Notes under the pieces: generated by a model
Database searches by the model: none
What the model was told of the DNA's origin: nothing
Seen by the model: only the letters and a program-made list of their open reading frames with translations
Position numbers and translations under genes: made by a program
DNA from: Gammaproteobacteria bacterium
Lineage (GTDB): Bacteria; Pseudomonadota; Gammaproteobacteria; Porifericomitales; Porifericomitaceae
Reading direction: 5' to 3'
Assembly: GCA_014238615.1 (NCBI GenBank)
Contig: JABAAT010000038.1
Coordinates: 78,363 to 142,362, forward strand
Length of the DNA: 64,000 nucleotides
Shown: in pieces, positions 18,445 through 28,030 of the stretch
How positions within the stretch are numbered: position 1 is the first letter of the stretch
Layout: the number at the start of each line of letters is the position of its first letter

Positions 18445-21425
18445 ACTTCCTGGCGCTGGTTTCCCGCATCGTAGAAGGGGGCAGCCACCACGCGCGCCTG
18501 CAAGATGAGCTTTTCATCCTTGCTTTTGCCGTGCGGCGCCTGTCCCTTGATATGCAGCACTTCGCCGACCTTGGAGTCGCTCGGTGCGTAAGCCAGGCCG
18601 ATGGTTTTGCGCAGGGCCGGCGACCAGGCCACCGAGGTAACATGACCAACGATGGCGCCGTTGCGCAGCAACAGGCTGGATTCCCGAAGCAGCGTTCCCA
18701 AATCCGGATCATCCCCCGCCTCAAAAGCGACCAGGCGGCGATCGGACAACTGGTGCCGAGCGCGCAACTCCAGGGAGCGTCCACCAACAAAGAACGGTTT
18801 TTTGCCGGCTACCGCCCAGTCCATCTGCAGCTCTTGAGGGGTACTCATGGCATCGGTGTCCTGGCCGATGATCACGTGTCCTTTTTCCAGGCGCAGCACG
18901 CGCTGCGCCTCGATGCCCACCGGCCGCACGCCGAACTCTACGCCGCCGCGCAGCAAGGCGTCCCAGAGCGCCTCACCGTGGGTTGAAGGCACATGGATTT
19001 CGTAGCCCAGTTCGCCCACGAAGCCGATCCGCAGGAGCCGCGCCGGGAGACCCGCGACACGCCCGCAACGCACTCCCAGGTAAGGAAAGTCCGAAGCTTC
19101 AAGCCGCAGGTCTGCCGCACATACGCTCCGCAACACCTCGCGCGCCCGGGGGCCGGACAGGCTGACCCCGGCGTAGGCGGCAGTGACGTTGCAGATATCC
19201 ACGCGCAAACGCCACTGCGCGTTCCACCACAGCATGTTGCGGTAAACATTCTCCACCCCACCGGTGGTCGCGGTCACGTAGAAATGATCCTCGGCGAGGC
19301 GGCAGGCCACCCCATCATCCGTCACGACCCCCGCCTCGTTGGTCATGAGCACGTAGCGTACCCGGCCCACCGGTTGCTTCTTGTAAGCAAACGTGTAGAT
19401 CCGGTTCAGGAATTCGGCCGCGTCCGGCCCACGCACTTCCAGGCCGCCCAAGGTGGAGACATCGATCATGCCGACCCCATTGCGCACCGCCAGCACTTCC
19501 TCCTGAATGCACTGCTCCCGCGCGGCCTCTCCCGGTGAATAATAAGCTGGTCGCCACCACAGGCCGGCCGCCAACATGCGCGCCCCGGCCTCCAGGTGCC
19601 GGTGATGCATGGCAGTGCGCCGCTCCGGTTCAAAGCAACGCCCGGCGAGCACCCCCAGTTTTTCGGCAGCCACGGGCGGCCGCGCCGTGGTCACACCCAC
19701 CCGCGCCGGCTCGCTCCCGGTGGCGCGCGCCACCAGGCGCGCCGTCGCCAGCGCCGAGTGGCGCCCCTGGGAAGGCCCCATGCCCACCGTGGAATAGCGC
19801 TTGACCAACTCCAGCTCCGCGTAGCCGTCGGCGCAGGCGTTCAGGATATCGGCGATCTGCAGATCCTCGTCGCGATCCACGAATTCCTTGCCGCGCGCAT
19901 GCTGGAAGATGGGCCAGACCGGGGACGCGGCGCCGCTCTCCTCCGGGGACGGGAAATCCTGCGCCGCTTCGCCGTCCCCCCCATTCCCGGCAAGCGCGGC
20001 GACGGCGGCGGCGCCGACCGCCCGACCGTCCGCCAGCACCTCTTCCAGGCTCCTGAAACCGCGCACGGCGCCGGCCAGGCGTACCCGTTCCGGCAAACCG
20101 CTGATCCGAAATCCCTCCAGGTCCCCGGCATGGCTCAGGCGCGCGCCGGCCTGCAAGGGCAGCTGGTAGGTCGGCATGCGGCCCACACTCATGCACAACA
20201 GGTCGCATTCCAGGCGCACTTTAGAGTCCTCGCAGGAACCCCCGGAGATGATGTGAGCGAGCCGCACGGCCGCCAGATGACCGCCGCGCCCGGCCTCGGC
20301 TTCCAACACGCAGCTGCCGGAAAACACTCCCAGGCCACGCCGCACCACCTCCTGGAAACAGTCGCCCTCCGGGGCCGGACGCATATCGACGACCGCGCTC
20401 ACTTCCACCCCGGCTTCCAGCAGATCCAAGGCCACCTCGTAGCCATCCGCGGCGGCCGTGAGCACCACGGCGCGCCGCCCGGGCCGTACCCCGTAGAGAC
20501 GCAGCAGGCGCTGCGCGGCCGAGCCCAGGATCACACCGGGCAGGTCATTGTTGCGGAACACGGCGGGCTGCTCCATGACGCCGGTGGCCAGGATCAGTTC
20601 GCGTGCGCGCAGCTTGTAGAGCCGTCGGCCTTGCACCAGGGGCAGCCAGTTATCGGCGAACCAAGCGTTGCAGAGCGTACCGGAAAGGAACTCAATATTC
20701 GGTGTCTCCGCCACCTCGCGCAACAATTCATCGCGCCGCCCGGACTCGCCGTCCGGCACGTCGCGGGCATAATTCAGCATCCCACCGGGCCGCTCCTCCT
20801 GCTCCACCAACAGCACCTCGCACCCGCCGCGAGCCGCTTCCAGGGCCGCCGCCATACCGGCCGCACCGGCCCCGATCACGGCCACATCACAGAAACGGTA
20901 CATTTTGTCGTAATAAGCCGGAGGCGCATCGCGCCGCACCCGCCCAAGACCGGTCATGGCGCGCACGATGGGTTCCCAGAAATACTGCCACGCAAGGCGC
21001 GGCCGATACATGGCCTTATAGTAGAAACCGACCGGCAGGAAGCGTGAGAAAATACCGAGCAACGCCGATGGATCCCAGCGCAGGCCGAAGGGACCGCAGT
21101 TCTGAGCGCGTATCTCCATGCCATCGCGTAAAGCTTCCATATCAGCCTGAACATTTGCTTCGCCGTTCACCCGCACCAAGGTGTCAGCCTCCAGGCCGGC
21201 CATGGAAAGCGGGCCGCGCGGCCGGTGGTACTTGAAGGAACGCGACAACATCCAGACGCCGTTGGCGAGCAGGGCGCTGGCGATGCTATCCCCCTCGAGG
21301 CCGCTGTACGCGCGACCTTCATAGCGAAACCGCAGCGGCCGATCGCGCCGCACACACAGTCCCGCGGGAGCCGGCAGACGCCAAGGGGCGTCCGCGGCCA
21401 GCGGCGTTGCGGCCGCCTTGCTCAT
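18441..21425 (-). CDS. Sarcosine oxidase alpha-subunit family protein (SoxA/MgdC-like) with FAD/NAD-binding and GcvT-like domains
   Basis: 994 aa. VAVIGAGAAGMAAALEAARGG Rossmann motif, and a C-terminal aminomethyltransferase fold (GELGYEIHVP). Confidence 0.85.
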   Translation of the reverse strand: MSKAAATPLAADAPWRLPAPAGLCVRRDRPLRFRYEGRAYSGLEGDSIASALLANGVWMLSRSFKYHRPRGPLSMAGLEADTLVRVNGEANVQADMEALRDGMEIRAQNCGPFGLRWDPSALLGIFSRFLPVGFYYKAMYRPRLAWQYFWEPIVRAMTGLGRVRRDAPPAYYDKMYRFCDVAVIGAGAAGMAAALEAARGGCEVLLVEQEERPGGMLNYARDVPDGESGRRDELLREVAETPNIEFLSGTLCNAWFADNWLPLVQGRRLYKLRARELILATGVMEQPAVFRNNDLPGVILGSAAQRLLRLYGVRPGRRAVVLTAAADGYEVALDLLEAGVEVSAVVDMRPAPEGDCFQEVVRRGLGVFSGSCVLEAEAGRGGHLAAVRLAHIISGGSCEDSKVRLECDLLCMSVGRMPTYQLPLQAGARLSHAGDLEGFRISGLPERVRLAGAVRGFRSLEEVLADGRAVGAAAVAALAGNGGDGEAAQDFPSPEESGAASPVWPIFQHARGKEFVDRDEDLQIADILNACADGYAELELVKRYSTVGMGPSQGRHSALATARLVARATGSEPARVGVTTARPPVAAEKLGVLAGRCFEPERRTAMHHRHLEAGARMLAAGLWWRPAYYSPGEAAREQCIQEEVLAVRNGVGMIDVSTLGGLEVRGPDAAEFLNRIYTFAYKKQPVGRVRYVLMTNEAGVVTDDGVACRLAEDHFYVTATTGGVENVYRNMLWWNAQWRLRVDICNVTAAYAGVSLSGPRAREVLRSVCAADLRLEASDFPYLGVRCGRVAGLPARLLRIGFVGELGYEIHVPSTHGEALWDALLRGGVEFGVRPVGIEAQRVLRLEKGHVIIGQDTDAMSTPQELQMDWAVAGKKPFFVGGRSLELRARHQLSDRRLVAFEAGDDPDLGTLLRESSLLLRNGAIVGHVTSVAWSPALRKTIGLAYAPSDSKVGEVLHIKGQAPHGKSKDEKLILQARVVAAPFYDAGNQRQEV

Positions 21426-21724
21426 CTCGCCTCCCCCGCCGCGCCGGACTGCGCCGCACCGGACTTCTCAAAATACTCAGCCACCGTGTATGTCTTCAGG
21501 ATGCGGTCGCTGACCGTATCCCGCTCGGCGATGAACCAATAGCTGCTGGGCAAGTGGCACCACCATTCGCGCACCACGCCTGCCTTGTTCTCGGAAAACC
21601 ACACGTGCTCGGCCCATTCCCTGTCCTCACAGGCTTTTGCATCAGGCATCTCAAGTAGTTCTCCCAGGTACAGGAATTCGCTGATGTTGCGCGGTCCGTT
21701 CAGGGGACAGGTCATGACTTTCAT
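21422..21724 (-). CDS. Sarcosine oxidase delta-subunit family protein (SoxD/MgdB-like)
   Basis: 100 aa with MKVMTCPLNGPRNISEFLYLGE (SoxD N-terminal Cys motif). Lies between the beta and alpha genes. Confidence 0.75.
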   Translation of the reverse strand: MKVMTCPLNGPRNISEFLYLGELLEMPDAKACEDREWAEHVWFSENKAGVVREWWCHLPSSYWFIAERDTVSDRILKTYTVAEYFEKSGAAQSGAAGEAR

Positions 21725-21767
21725 GGTCGGCTCCGGACGATACCCAAAACAAACTCAGCAGGCAGGA

Positions 21768-23009
21768 TCAGTGGCTGGCGGCGGTGGCGCCAGCCTCGTT
21801 GCTTAAGTTGAAAGAATAAAAACGGTCCAGGGCGAAAGGCCGGATCAACTCCGGCACACGGCCAGTTGCAATCGCCTGCGCGATGCTCTGGCCGGCCACG
21901 GGAATGGCCTTGAAGCCCCAGGTGCCCCAACCGGCGTCCAACCAATAACCCTCCAGGGGCGTGTGGCCCATGATGGGGCTGTAGTCCGGGGTCATGTCGG
22001 TGATCCCGGCCCACTGGCGCACCAGGCGCAGCTCGTGCAGGAAGGGAAACAGGCCCAGCACCCCGGCGATGAGCGATTCCTTCAACTCCAGGGTGGAACG
22101 CGTGGAATACAGGCTGTAGGGATCGGAACCCCCGCCGATGACTAACTCGCCACGCGCCGTCTGCGACACGTAGGCATGCAGGGAGGCCGAACTCACCAGC
22201 GGGTTCAGGAACGGCTTGACCGGCTGGGTCACCATGGCCTGCAGGGGGAAACTGCGGATCGGCAGACGTAGCCCGGCCATCGCCGCGACCACCGAACTCA
22301 TTCCGGAGACCGCCTGCAACACATGCCCACAGGACAATTCGCCGCGCGACGTGCTCACTCCGGTGACCCGATTCCCGGAGCGCAGGATACCGGTCACCTC
22401 GGTACGCTGGTGCACTTCCACGCCCAGCTCGACGGCGCGCCGAGCGTAACCCCAGGGCACCGCATCATGCCGTGCCAGGCCGCCATCCGCATGCCACAGG
22501 CCACCGAGCACGGGCCAACGCACCCGGCGCGACAGGTTTAGACACGGCACCAAGTCGCGAATCTCTTCCAGGTCCACCATCCTGGAACGCACCCCCAGAT
22601 GCCTGTTGACCTCGGCGCGCAAGCGAAAAGTGCGCAGGCTGGCCTCGGTATGCGCCAAGGTGAGCTGGCCGCGCCGGGAATACAGCAGGTTGTAGCCTAA
22701 TTCGCCGGCCAGCCCCTGGTACATCTCCACGCCTTTCTTGTAAAAGCGTACCGCCTCGGGGGAGATATAGTTCGAACGGATCACCGTGGTATTGCGGCCG
22801 GTGTTGCCGCCGCCCACGTAGCCGCGCTCCAACACCGCAACCTTGCGGATACCGTGCTCGCGTGCCAGGTAATAGGCGGCCGCCAGGCCGTGCCCACCGC
22901 CGCCGATGATCACCACATCGTAGCTGGGACGCAGCGCCTGGGGCGGCGGAATGTCCACCCGCGCCGGGTAGCGCCTGGAAAAACCGTACTTAAGCAGCGC
23001 CCAGGGCAT
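21768..23009 (-). CDS. Sarcosine oxidase beta-subunit family FAD oxidoreductase (SoxB/MgdA-like)
   Basis: YDVVIIGGGGHGLAAAYYLAREHG dinucleotide-binding motif, DAO fold, 413 aa. First gene of the operon, with a GGAGAC RBS. Confidence 0.85.
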   Translation of the reverse strand: MPWALLKYGFSRRYPARVDIPPPQALRPSYDVVIIGGGGHGLAAAYYLAREHGIRKVAVLERGYVGGGNTGRNTTVIRSNYISPEAVRFYKKGVEMYQGLAGELGYNLLYSRRGQLTLAHTEASLRTFRLRAEVNRHLGVRSRMVDLEEIRDLVPCLNLSRRVRWPVLGGLWHADGGLARHDAVPWGYARRAVELGVEVHQRTEVTGILRSGNRVTGVSTSRGELSCGHVLQAVSGMSSVVAAMAGLRLPIRSFPLQAMVTQPVKPFLNPLVSSASLHAYVSQTARGELVIGGGSDPYSLYSTRSTLELKESLIAGVLGLFPFLHELRLVRQWAGITDMTPDYSPIMGHTPLEGYWLDAGWGTWGFKAIPVAGQSIAQAIATGRVPELIRPFALDRFYSFNLSNEAGATAASH

Positions 23010-23421
23010 CCGCGTGTCTCCAGAAAGTCCGACAAAAAAAGCGCGGTGCGCGGTTGACGCTCAGCGCGTGATTTTACAGGGATATCTTACTAACCTTATC
23101 CGGAGGAACACCCGGCAAGGCACCCCCGCGACCCCGCAGGGGAACAGGAAAGCTGCGACCCAATACCGCCTTCATCGATAAAGACCGCCTGCGGCCCGCC
23201 CGCGGCGAAAGCCGACCCCCCTCCCCGGTCGACAGTCAGCAGGCGAAGTGCGAATAAGACCCTACCTTCGTCACGCTCCCCCAGGAACTCCGCCAACCTT
23301 CAGGCGCGCAAGACGCTCGATGCCGTACGGGACCGGCAACACGACCCAACCAGGCGGTGCACAGGCGATCCAGACGATTCAAGAACCCGCGCCGCCTGCC
23401 GACATCTTCCCGGCAAGCCGA

Positions 23422-23710
23422 TTAGCCAAAAAACGTAACGCGCCCGATCTTCCAATAGAAGTCCCTTCCCCGGCAACCCCTAATACAGACTATTCTTTTA
23501 GGAGTAGTATCGGTACCGGACAGGCTGGCGAAAAGCCGCCGGAGACTCCAGGGTGGCCGGCACGGGAAAGAAGCCGGAGTGAGGCGCCCCGACCTCGGAG
23601 GCTGCCTTGCCCAGGCGGGGCACGGAAAACCGTGCTTAAGCAGCACCCAGAACACCCGCGTGTCTCCAGGAAGTCCAGCGAAGGAAGCGCGGCGCGCGGT
23701 TAACGCTCAG
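23422..23710 (-). pseudogene. Fragment duplicating the mgdA/soxB 5' leader and first ~10 codons, fused to unrelated sequence
   Basis: 23590-23710 is ~80% identical to 22960-23080 (leader, RBS ggagacacgcgg, start M[PF]W[AV]LLK[YH]G). After ~10 codons the reading frame diverges (ORF 23422..23655). Confidence 0.4.
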
Positions 23711-23866
23711 CGCGCGATTATCCGGGTGGGGTCCACCCAAGAGGAGGACAAGGCCAAGGCTAACTAAGGCCAGGAAGGACAAGAAGTATGAATGGGCGGG
23801 GCAACGCCCGGCCGGGCCGCAGCAGGCCCGGGGCCGGGTGTCATCCCCCCTCCCCACGGACAGCTC

Positions 23867-23920
23867 AGCGCGTTGCCGCCCCGACGCCGCGTTGCCGCCC
23901 CGACGCGTTGCCGCCCCGAA
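23867..23920. repeat. Three tandem 17-19-bp direct repeats (CGCGTTGCCGCCCCGAC) immediately downstream of the porin gene
   Basis: cgcgttgccgccccgac gc cgcgttgccgccccgac gcgttgccgccccgaac, read directly from the sequence. Confidence 0.6.
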
Positions 23921-23921
23921 C

Positions 23922-24641
23922 TTAGAAGCTGCGTGCCGCCGAGAACACTACCCGGGAACTATATATAGGACTGCTGTCTTCATCCGTATCGTGGTAGCGC
24001 AAGTCCAAATCAAAACTCAGGATCGATTTGCTGACACCCAGTTCCCAGTGCAGATAGTTGAAATTTTCACTTCCCGGGGCACCCGTTTCCTCAATATATT
24101 GATAGCCAGCGCCGAAATCCACTCCGAAGTCATTCGGCAGGCTGAAAGACACGGAAGGCTTCAGGTAATGCGCCGTGGTGTTGTCCGTACCATTCCCCCA
24201 ACGCGGGGAATAGGCATAGAGCAGGTTCAGGGTGGGCGCGGCCGCCCCCTCGAAAGTATGCGAGGCATTAGCCCATATCTCAAAGATGTTATAGCCACTG
24301 TTCTCGGGGAAATAATAGAAGATGGGCTGTATCCAGAAATCGATGCCTCCAACGGAGTTCCCATAGCCAGCGTAAAAGTCCAGTTCAACGTCAAAACCGT
24401 TAAGACTCGTGCCCCAGACTCCGGCAAACAGGTAACCTCCGGCGTTCAGGTCATTAGCCCAGTCGAAGCTACCCTGGATCGCCGGGTTTTCGTTTGAAAA
24501 CGAAGTGCCACGGAAAATATAGTCGGTGGTCAGGGTCAGCGTGTTGCTAAAGTTTTCCTCGCTGAGGGCGCCTTCGGCGAGTGCCGGCTTCCCTCCCAGA
24601 CTGACAGTCAGGATGCAGAGTGCGAATAAGACTTTCTTCAT
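23922..24641 (-). CDS. Outer-membrane beta-barrel protein of the Gcw_chp/TorF porin-like family
   Basis: Signal peptide MKKVLFALCILTVSLGGKPALA, alternating aromatic/hydrophobic beta-strand pattern and C-terminal ...VVFSAARSF, characteristic of this ~240-aa proteobacterial family. Confidence 0.65.
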   Translation of the reverse strand: MKKVLFALCILTVSLGGKPALAEGALSEENFSNTLTLTTDYIFRGTSFSNENPAIQGSFDWANDLNAGGYLFAGVWGTSLNGFDVELDFYAGYGNSVGGIDFWIQPIFYYFPENSGYNIFEIWANASHTFEGAAAPTLNLLYAYSPRWGNGTDNTTAHYLKPSVSFSLPNDFGVDFGAGYQYIEETGAPGSENFNYLHWELGVSKSILSFDLDLRYHDTDEDSSPIYSSRVVFSAARSF

Positions 24642-25149
24642 TACGAAATCTCCTCAAAGTTCATAAGGTCTTCGGCGCGCCCGGCGCCGGATGGCATGGC
24701 AGGTTCCGGCTAACGCGAACCGGCGGTTCTGAAATCGACGGGACATAGTATAGATGATTTACTTCTTTAGGAATAGGCCGAGCCGCGGCGGCGCGTAAAG
24801 GTGGCTTAAGGTTGCCGGAACATGCTGTCCTTTGCATCGGCCGGGCGGCGCTCCCGTGCCAACGTCGCCGGATACTCCGGCATCTTGCCCGGGCGGTGAC
24901 AGCGGCGCGTTGCCGCCGGCGCGGCGCGGTGACTCCAGTTGCCCGGGTCGAGCCGCCTGGTGCACCGAAACCGCGATTTCCAGCGGCCGCGCCAGGGGCG
25001 CGCTACCTGTTTCCAGTCAACCGCCGCGTCCCCAGGCGCACCAGCGTCACGGCAAAACCGTATCGCCCCCGGCACCAGGGGGCTGCTGCCGGAGCTGCGC
25101 CGCGGCAGCGGCGCCTGGGTCTGCCCCTGCAACTGCCCCTGCAACTGCC

Positions 25150-25860
25150 GGAAAACACTCCCAGGCCGTGCCGCCTCCCGAAATTAGGGACCGCACGCAA
25201 ATCGACCGCGCTGCTCACTTCCACCCCGGTATCCAGCACATACATGGCCGCCTCGCAGCCTTCCGCGGCGGCTATGAGGATCACGGTGCACCGCCCGGGA
25301 GCCGCGGCAGGCGCGGTGCAGCCGAGCACGGGAACACGACGAGCGGAATCGTTAGTTGCGCAACACGACGGGCTGCTCTATGACGCCGATAGCCGGAATC
25401 AGTTCGCGGGCGCACGGCTTGTAGAGCCGCTGCCCCCGCACCAGGGGCAACCGGCTGTCAGTGCACCAGGCGTTGCAGAGCCTGCCCCCAGGAGTTCGAT
25501 GTTGGGGTCTTTCGCCGCCTTGTGCAGCCCCGCCCGGCCACACACGGGGCGCGGACGCGGTGCCGCTGGACCGCACCAGCAGCACCTCGGCGCCGTTGAG
25601 GGCCCGCCAGGCCGGGCACGGCCACACACGGGTAACGGCGGGACTTATCGTGCACATCGTGCCGCAACCGCCCGAGGCCGGTCATGGCGCGCACGATGGA
25701 TTACCAGGAAGTACGGCCAGGGAGCGTGCGGCCGGTACATGACCTTACCGTAGATAGAAGCCGACCGGCAGGGAACCAGAAAACAGTACGGGCAATTCCG
25801 AGGGGCAGGTTGGCACTATTACCCAGTTCGTCGGCAGATCATCGGCAGACGTCGGTCAAT
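25150..25860 (-). pseudogene. Degenerate internal fragment of an mgdC/soxA-like gene (alpha-subunit residues ~100-370)
   Basis: Collinear nucleotide similarity (~75-80%) to 20320-21120 of the intact alpha-subunit gene. Multiple frameshifts and no intact ORF. The flanking 25020-25140 carries a ~35-bp patch similar to 28990-29030 of the GGDEF-EAL gene. Confidence 0.6.
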
Positions 25861-25899
25861 CCTCGGCACATCTCCCCACCCCCTCTTTAATGGAAGCGC

Positions 25900-26170
25900 G
25901 CCGCCTCCGGTGAGTATGTGGTTCGGGTGGATCACCGTGGTGTTGCGGCCGACCGGATCGCCGCGTAACACCTCGACCTTGCGGACGCCTTGTTCACGCG
26001 CCAGACAACAAGCGACCAACAGGCGACCGTCAAGCCATGCCCGCCGCCGCCCACCACATCGTAGCCGGGGCCTGGTGCACGGAGGGCGGGATGTCGATGC
26101 ACGCCGGGTAACGCGCCTGGATAAACCGTACTTGAGTAAGGCCCGGAACAGGCCCTGAACAGACCCAGAG
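25900..26170 (-). pseudogene. Degenerate 5' fragment of an mgdA/soxB-like gene
   Basis: Similar to 22800-23060 (LLKYG...VVIIGGGGHG...NTTVI) but frameshifted (ORF 25819..26340 reads ...FRALLKYGLSRR...RNTTVIHPNH). Confidence 0.55.
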
Positions 26171-26377
26171 AAAGCCCGGGAGAGCAGACCCAAGGCAGCT
26201 GGATACCGTCTCTTCGAACGATGCAGTACACACCTCGGCACCCCGGAAATCCATGGCTGCCCGAAGCGAGACGGGACAGAAGGTGATGAGAAAAAAGTCA
26301 GGGATAACACGCCGACGCCCTCATAGAGCCCAGCTTGCACAGGGAGCTATGAGGGCGTCCACGTTGAACGTTGAAAT

Positions 26378-27178
26378 CTAGAAACTACGTGACACTGTAA
26401 AAACCACCCGCCTCTTAAACAAGTGGAGGTCCGGGCGAGTATCGCCCCAGTAATCCTTTACAAGGGGAGAGTCCAGATCCACATCCATATCGTGCATGCG
26501 CACGTCCCAGTTGAAGCCAAGGAAAGAGTTGCTGAGACCAACCGTCCAATTCCAGAAGGCCTGGGGTGATGATTGTGCATGCTTTCCTTCCACGTACTGG
26601 TAGCCGGCAGTGAAGTTCAAGCCGAAGCCCCGCGGCAAGTTAAAGGCTATGGAAGGCTCAAAGTAGTGCGCTATACCCCAATTGGTATAACTCCAATCCG
26701 GGGAAAAGGAGTAGAACATGCCGACAGTCGGTGAACCTGGTCCCTCGATGCCGCGCGAAACATTAAAATAAATCTCCCCGGCGTCTGTCTCACCAGCCCT
26801 GTCATGTGCGTTAGGGTAACTATACCAGATCGGCAGTATCGAGTAATTAAACGCGCCGATCGAATTCGCATAACCGATGTATGGGTAGATCGTGGAATGA
26901 TAATTGCTGTAGCCGGAAAGGCTTGCGCCGCCGATGCCGGCGAACACGGTACCACCGTCTCCCAGCGAGTGACTCCAGTCAAAAGTTCCTGCAACAGACG
27001 GGTCTCGATCTGAATACGAGACGCCACGAAACACGTAGTCACTGCGCATGGTAAACGTGGCACTGAAATTCTCCTTGGCGAACATACCACCTTCACCAAA
27101 AACATCACCGGCGAAGGCTGACCTTCCTGCCAGGCTAACGGCTAATACACACAGCACGATTAATACTCTTTGCATCAT
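26378..27178 (-). CDS. Outer-membrane beta-barrel protein of the Gcw_chp/TorF porin-like family (paralog of 23922..24641)
   Basis: Signal peptide MMQRVLIVLCVLAVSLAGRSAFA. Collinear similarity to the first porin (TxRSDYVFRGVS...FAGxxGxSL...GYAN...FSxxRSF). Confidence 0.65.
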   Translation of the reverse strand: MMQRVLIVLCVLAVSLAGRSAFAGDVFGEGGMFAKENFSATFTMRSDYVFRGVSYSDRDPSVAGTFDWSHSLGDGGTVFAGIGGASLSGYSNYHSTIYPYIGYANSIGAFNYSILPIWYSYPNAHDRAGETDAGEIYFNVSRGIEGPGSPTVGMFYSFSPDWSYTNWGIAHYFEPSIAFNLPRGFGLNFTAGYQYVEGKHAQSSPQAFWNWTVGLSNSFLGFNWDVRMHDMDVDLDSPLVKDYWGDTRPDLHLFKRRVVFTVSRSF

Positions 27179-27270
27179 GAATCTCCTCTAATTCCGCCAG
27201 CCTTTAGCAGGCGCGTTGCTTTGCAGGCGCGTTTTACGCCGGATGTGCGTGTTCAGAAGTCAGGATCGGA

Positions 27271-27321
27271 AGCGTGAGTCAAACCAGGCGAGTCGAGCCA
27301 GGCGAGTCGAGAACTCACGCT
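27271..27321. repeat. Hairpin (9-bp stem AGCGTGAGT/ACTCACGCT) enclosing two tandem 14-bp repeats CCAGGCGAGTCGAG
   Basis: Read directly from the sequence, ~100 bp upstream of the second porin gene. Confidence 0.45.
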
Positions 27322-28030
27322 GTCCATGCTACAGGCGATTGCAAACTTGTAGATCTCGGTGGAAACCGTGATTTAAGCAATTTTGCAACAGCTGTCCTCC
27401 TCCTAAGCAACTGTTTAGTGTAGGTTGTTTTTGAAGATTGTATATTACTTTTCAGGGATAACCCATCAATATTATTTATCTACCCTTAAGGATATACCCC
27501 CTTGCACTCAACCACGCAATACAGCGGGTTGCGCGGTCGGCGGCATAAAGCCCAGGGCTCGGACTGACCCGGTCACCCTGTGGCAAGAAACCAACAGTTC
27601 GATGATTTCCAACGGATATCTTCCCGGGCTGTCCCTCTTGATCCGCTCCGGTCGGCGGCGGCGGGTCGTGTTCCAGATGCGCGCTGCAGGCCTTCCATTC
27701 CTGATACTTGATGCGGACCCGCCTTCAAGGGCTTGCCGCCGCGGCGCGTCGTGCAGCGTGGAAGGCAAACGCTTTGCACTCCGCACTTTGTGAGCTTCCT
27801 TACCTGGTGTGCGGACGCGGATGTGACTGACACGCCTGTTTAAGGACTATCGCCGGACCGATTCTCCACCGCCATCTGAACCCGGGGGGAGCATGACGAA
27901 GTACGCCCCATCTTATGAGGCAGGCACTGCCTCACTCAATAAACTGGACAAGAACCGGGCAACAACCGGGCTGAATCTCCGCGATTCCACCGGAGTCCAG
28001 GAGTTCTCTGGCGCGGACGGGGGCGTTGAC

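Noticed and set aside
19596-21047. 483-aa ORF on the plus strand inside the alpha-subunit gene
   Set aside because: Antisense to a well-supported 994-aa SoxA/MgdC-like CDS. It is Arg/Ala/Pro/Gly-rich, typical of spurious opposite-strand ORFs in 65% GC DNA.
23857-23920. Possible CRISPR array
   Set aside because: Only three abutting ~17-bp units with no spacers of unique sequence and no cas genes nearby. This is a simple tandem repeat.
24812-25753. 313-aa and other ORFs (24832..25383, 25819..26340) in the 24.8-26.3 kb region
   Set aside because: They cover degenerate, frameshifted copies of mgdA/mgdC sequence. They translate the opposite strand or shifted frames, and the region is better explained as pseudogene debris.
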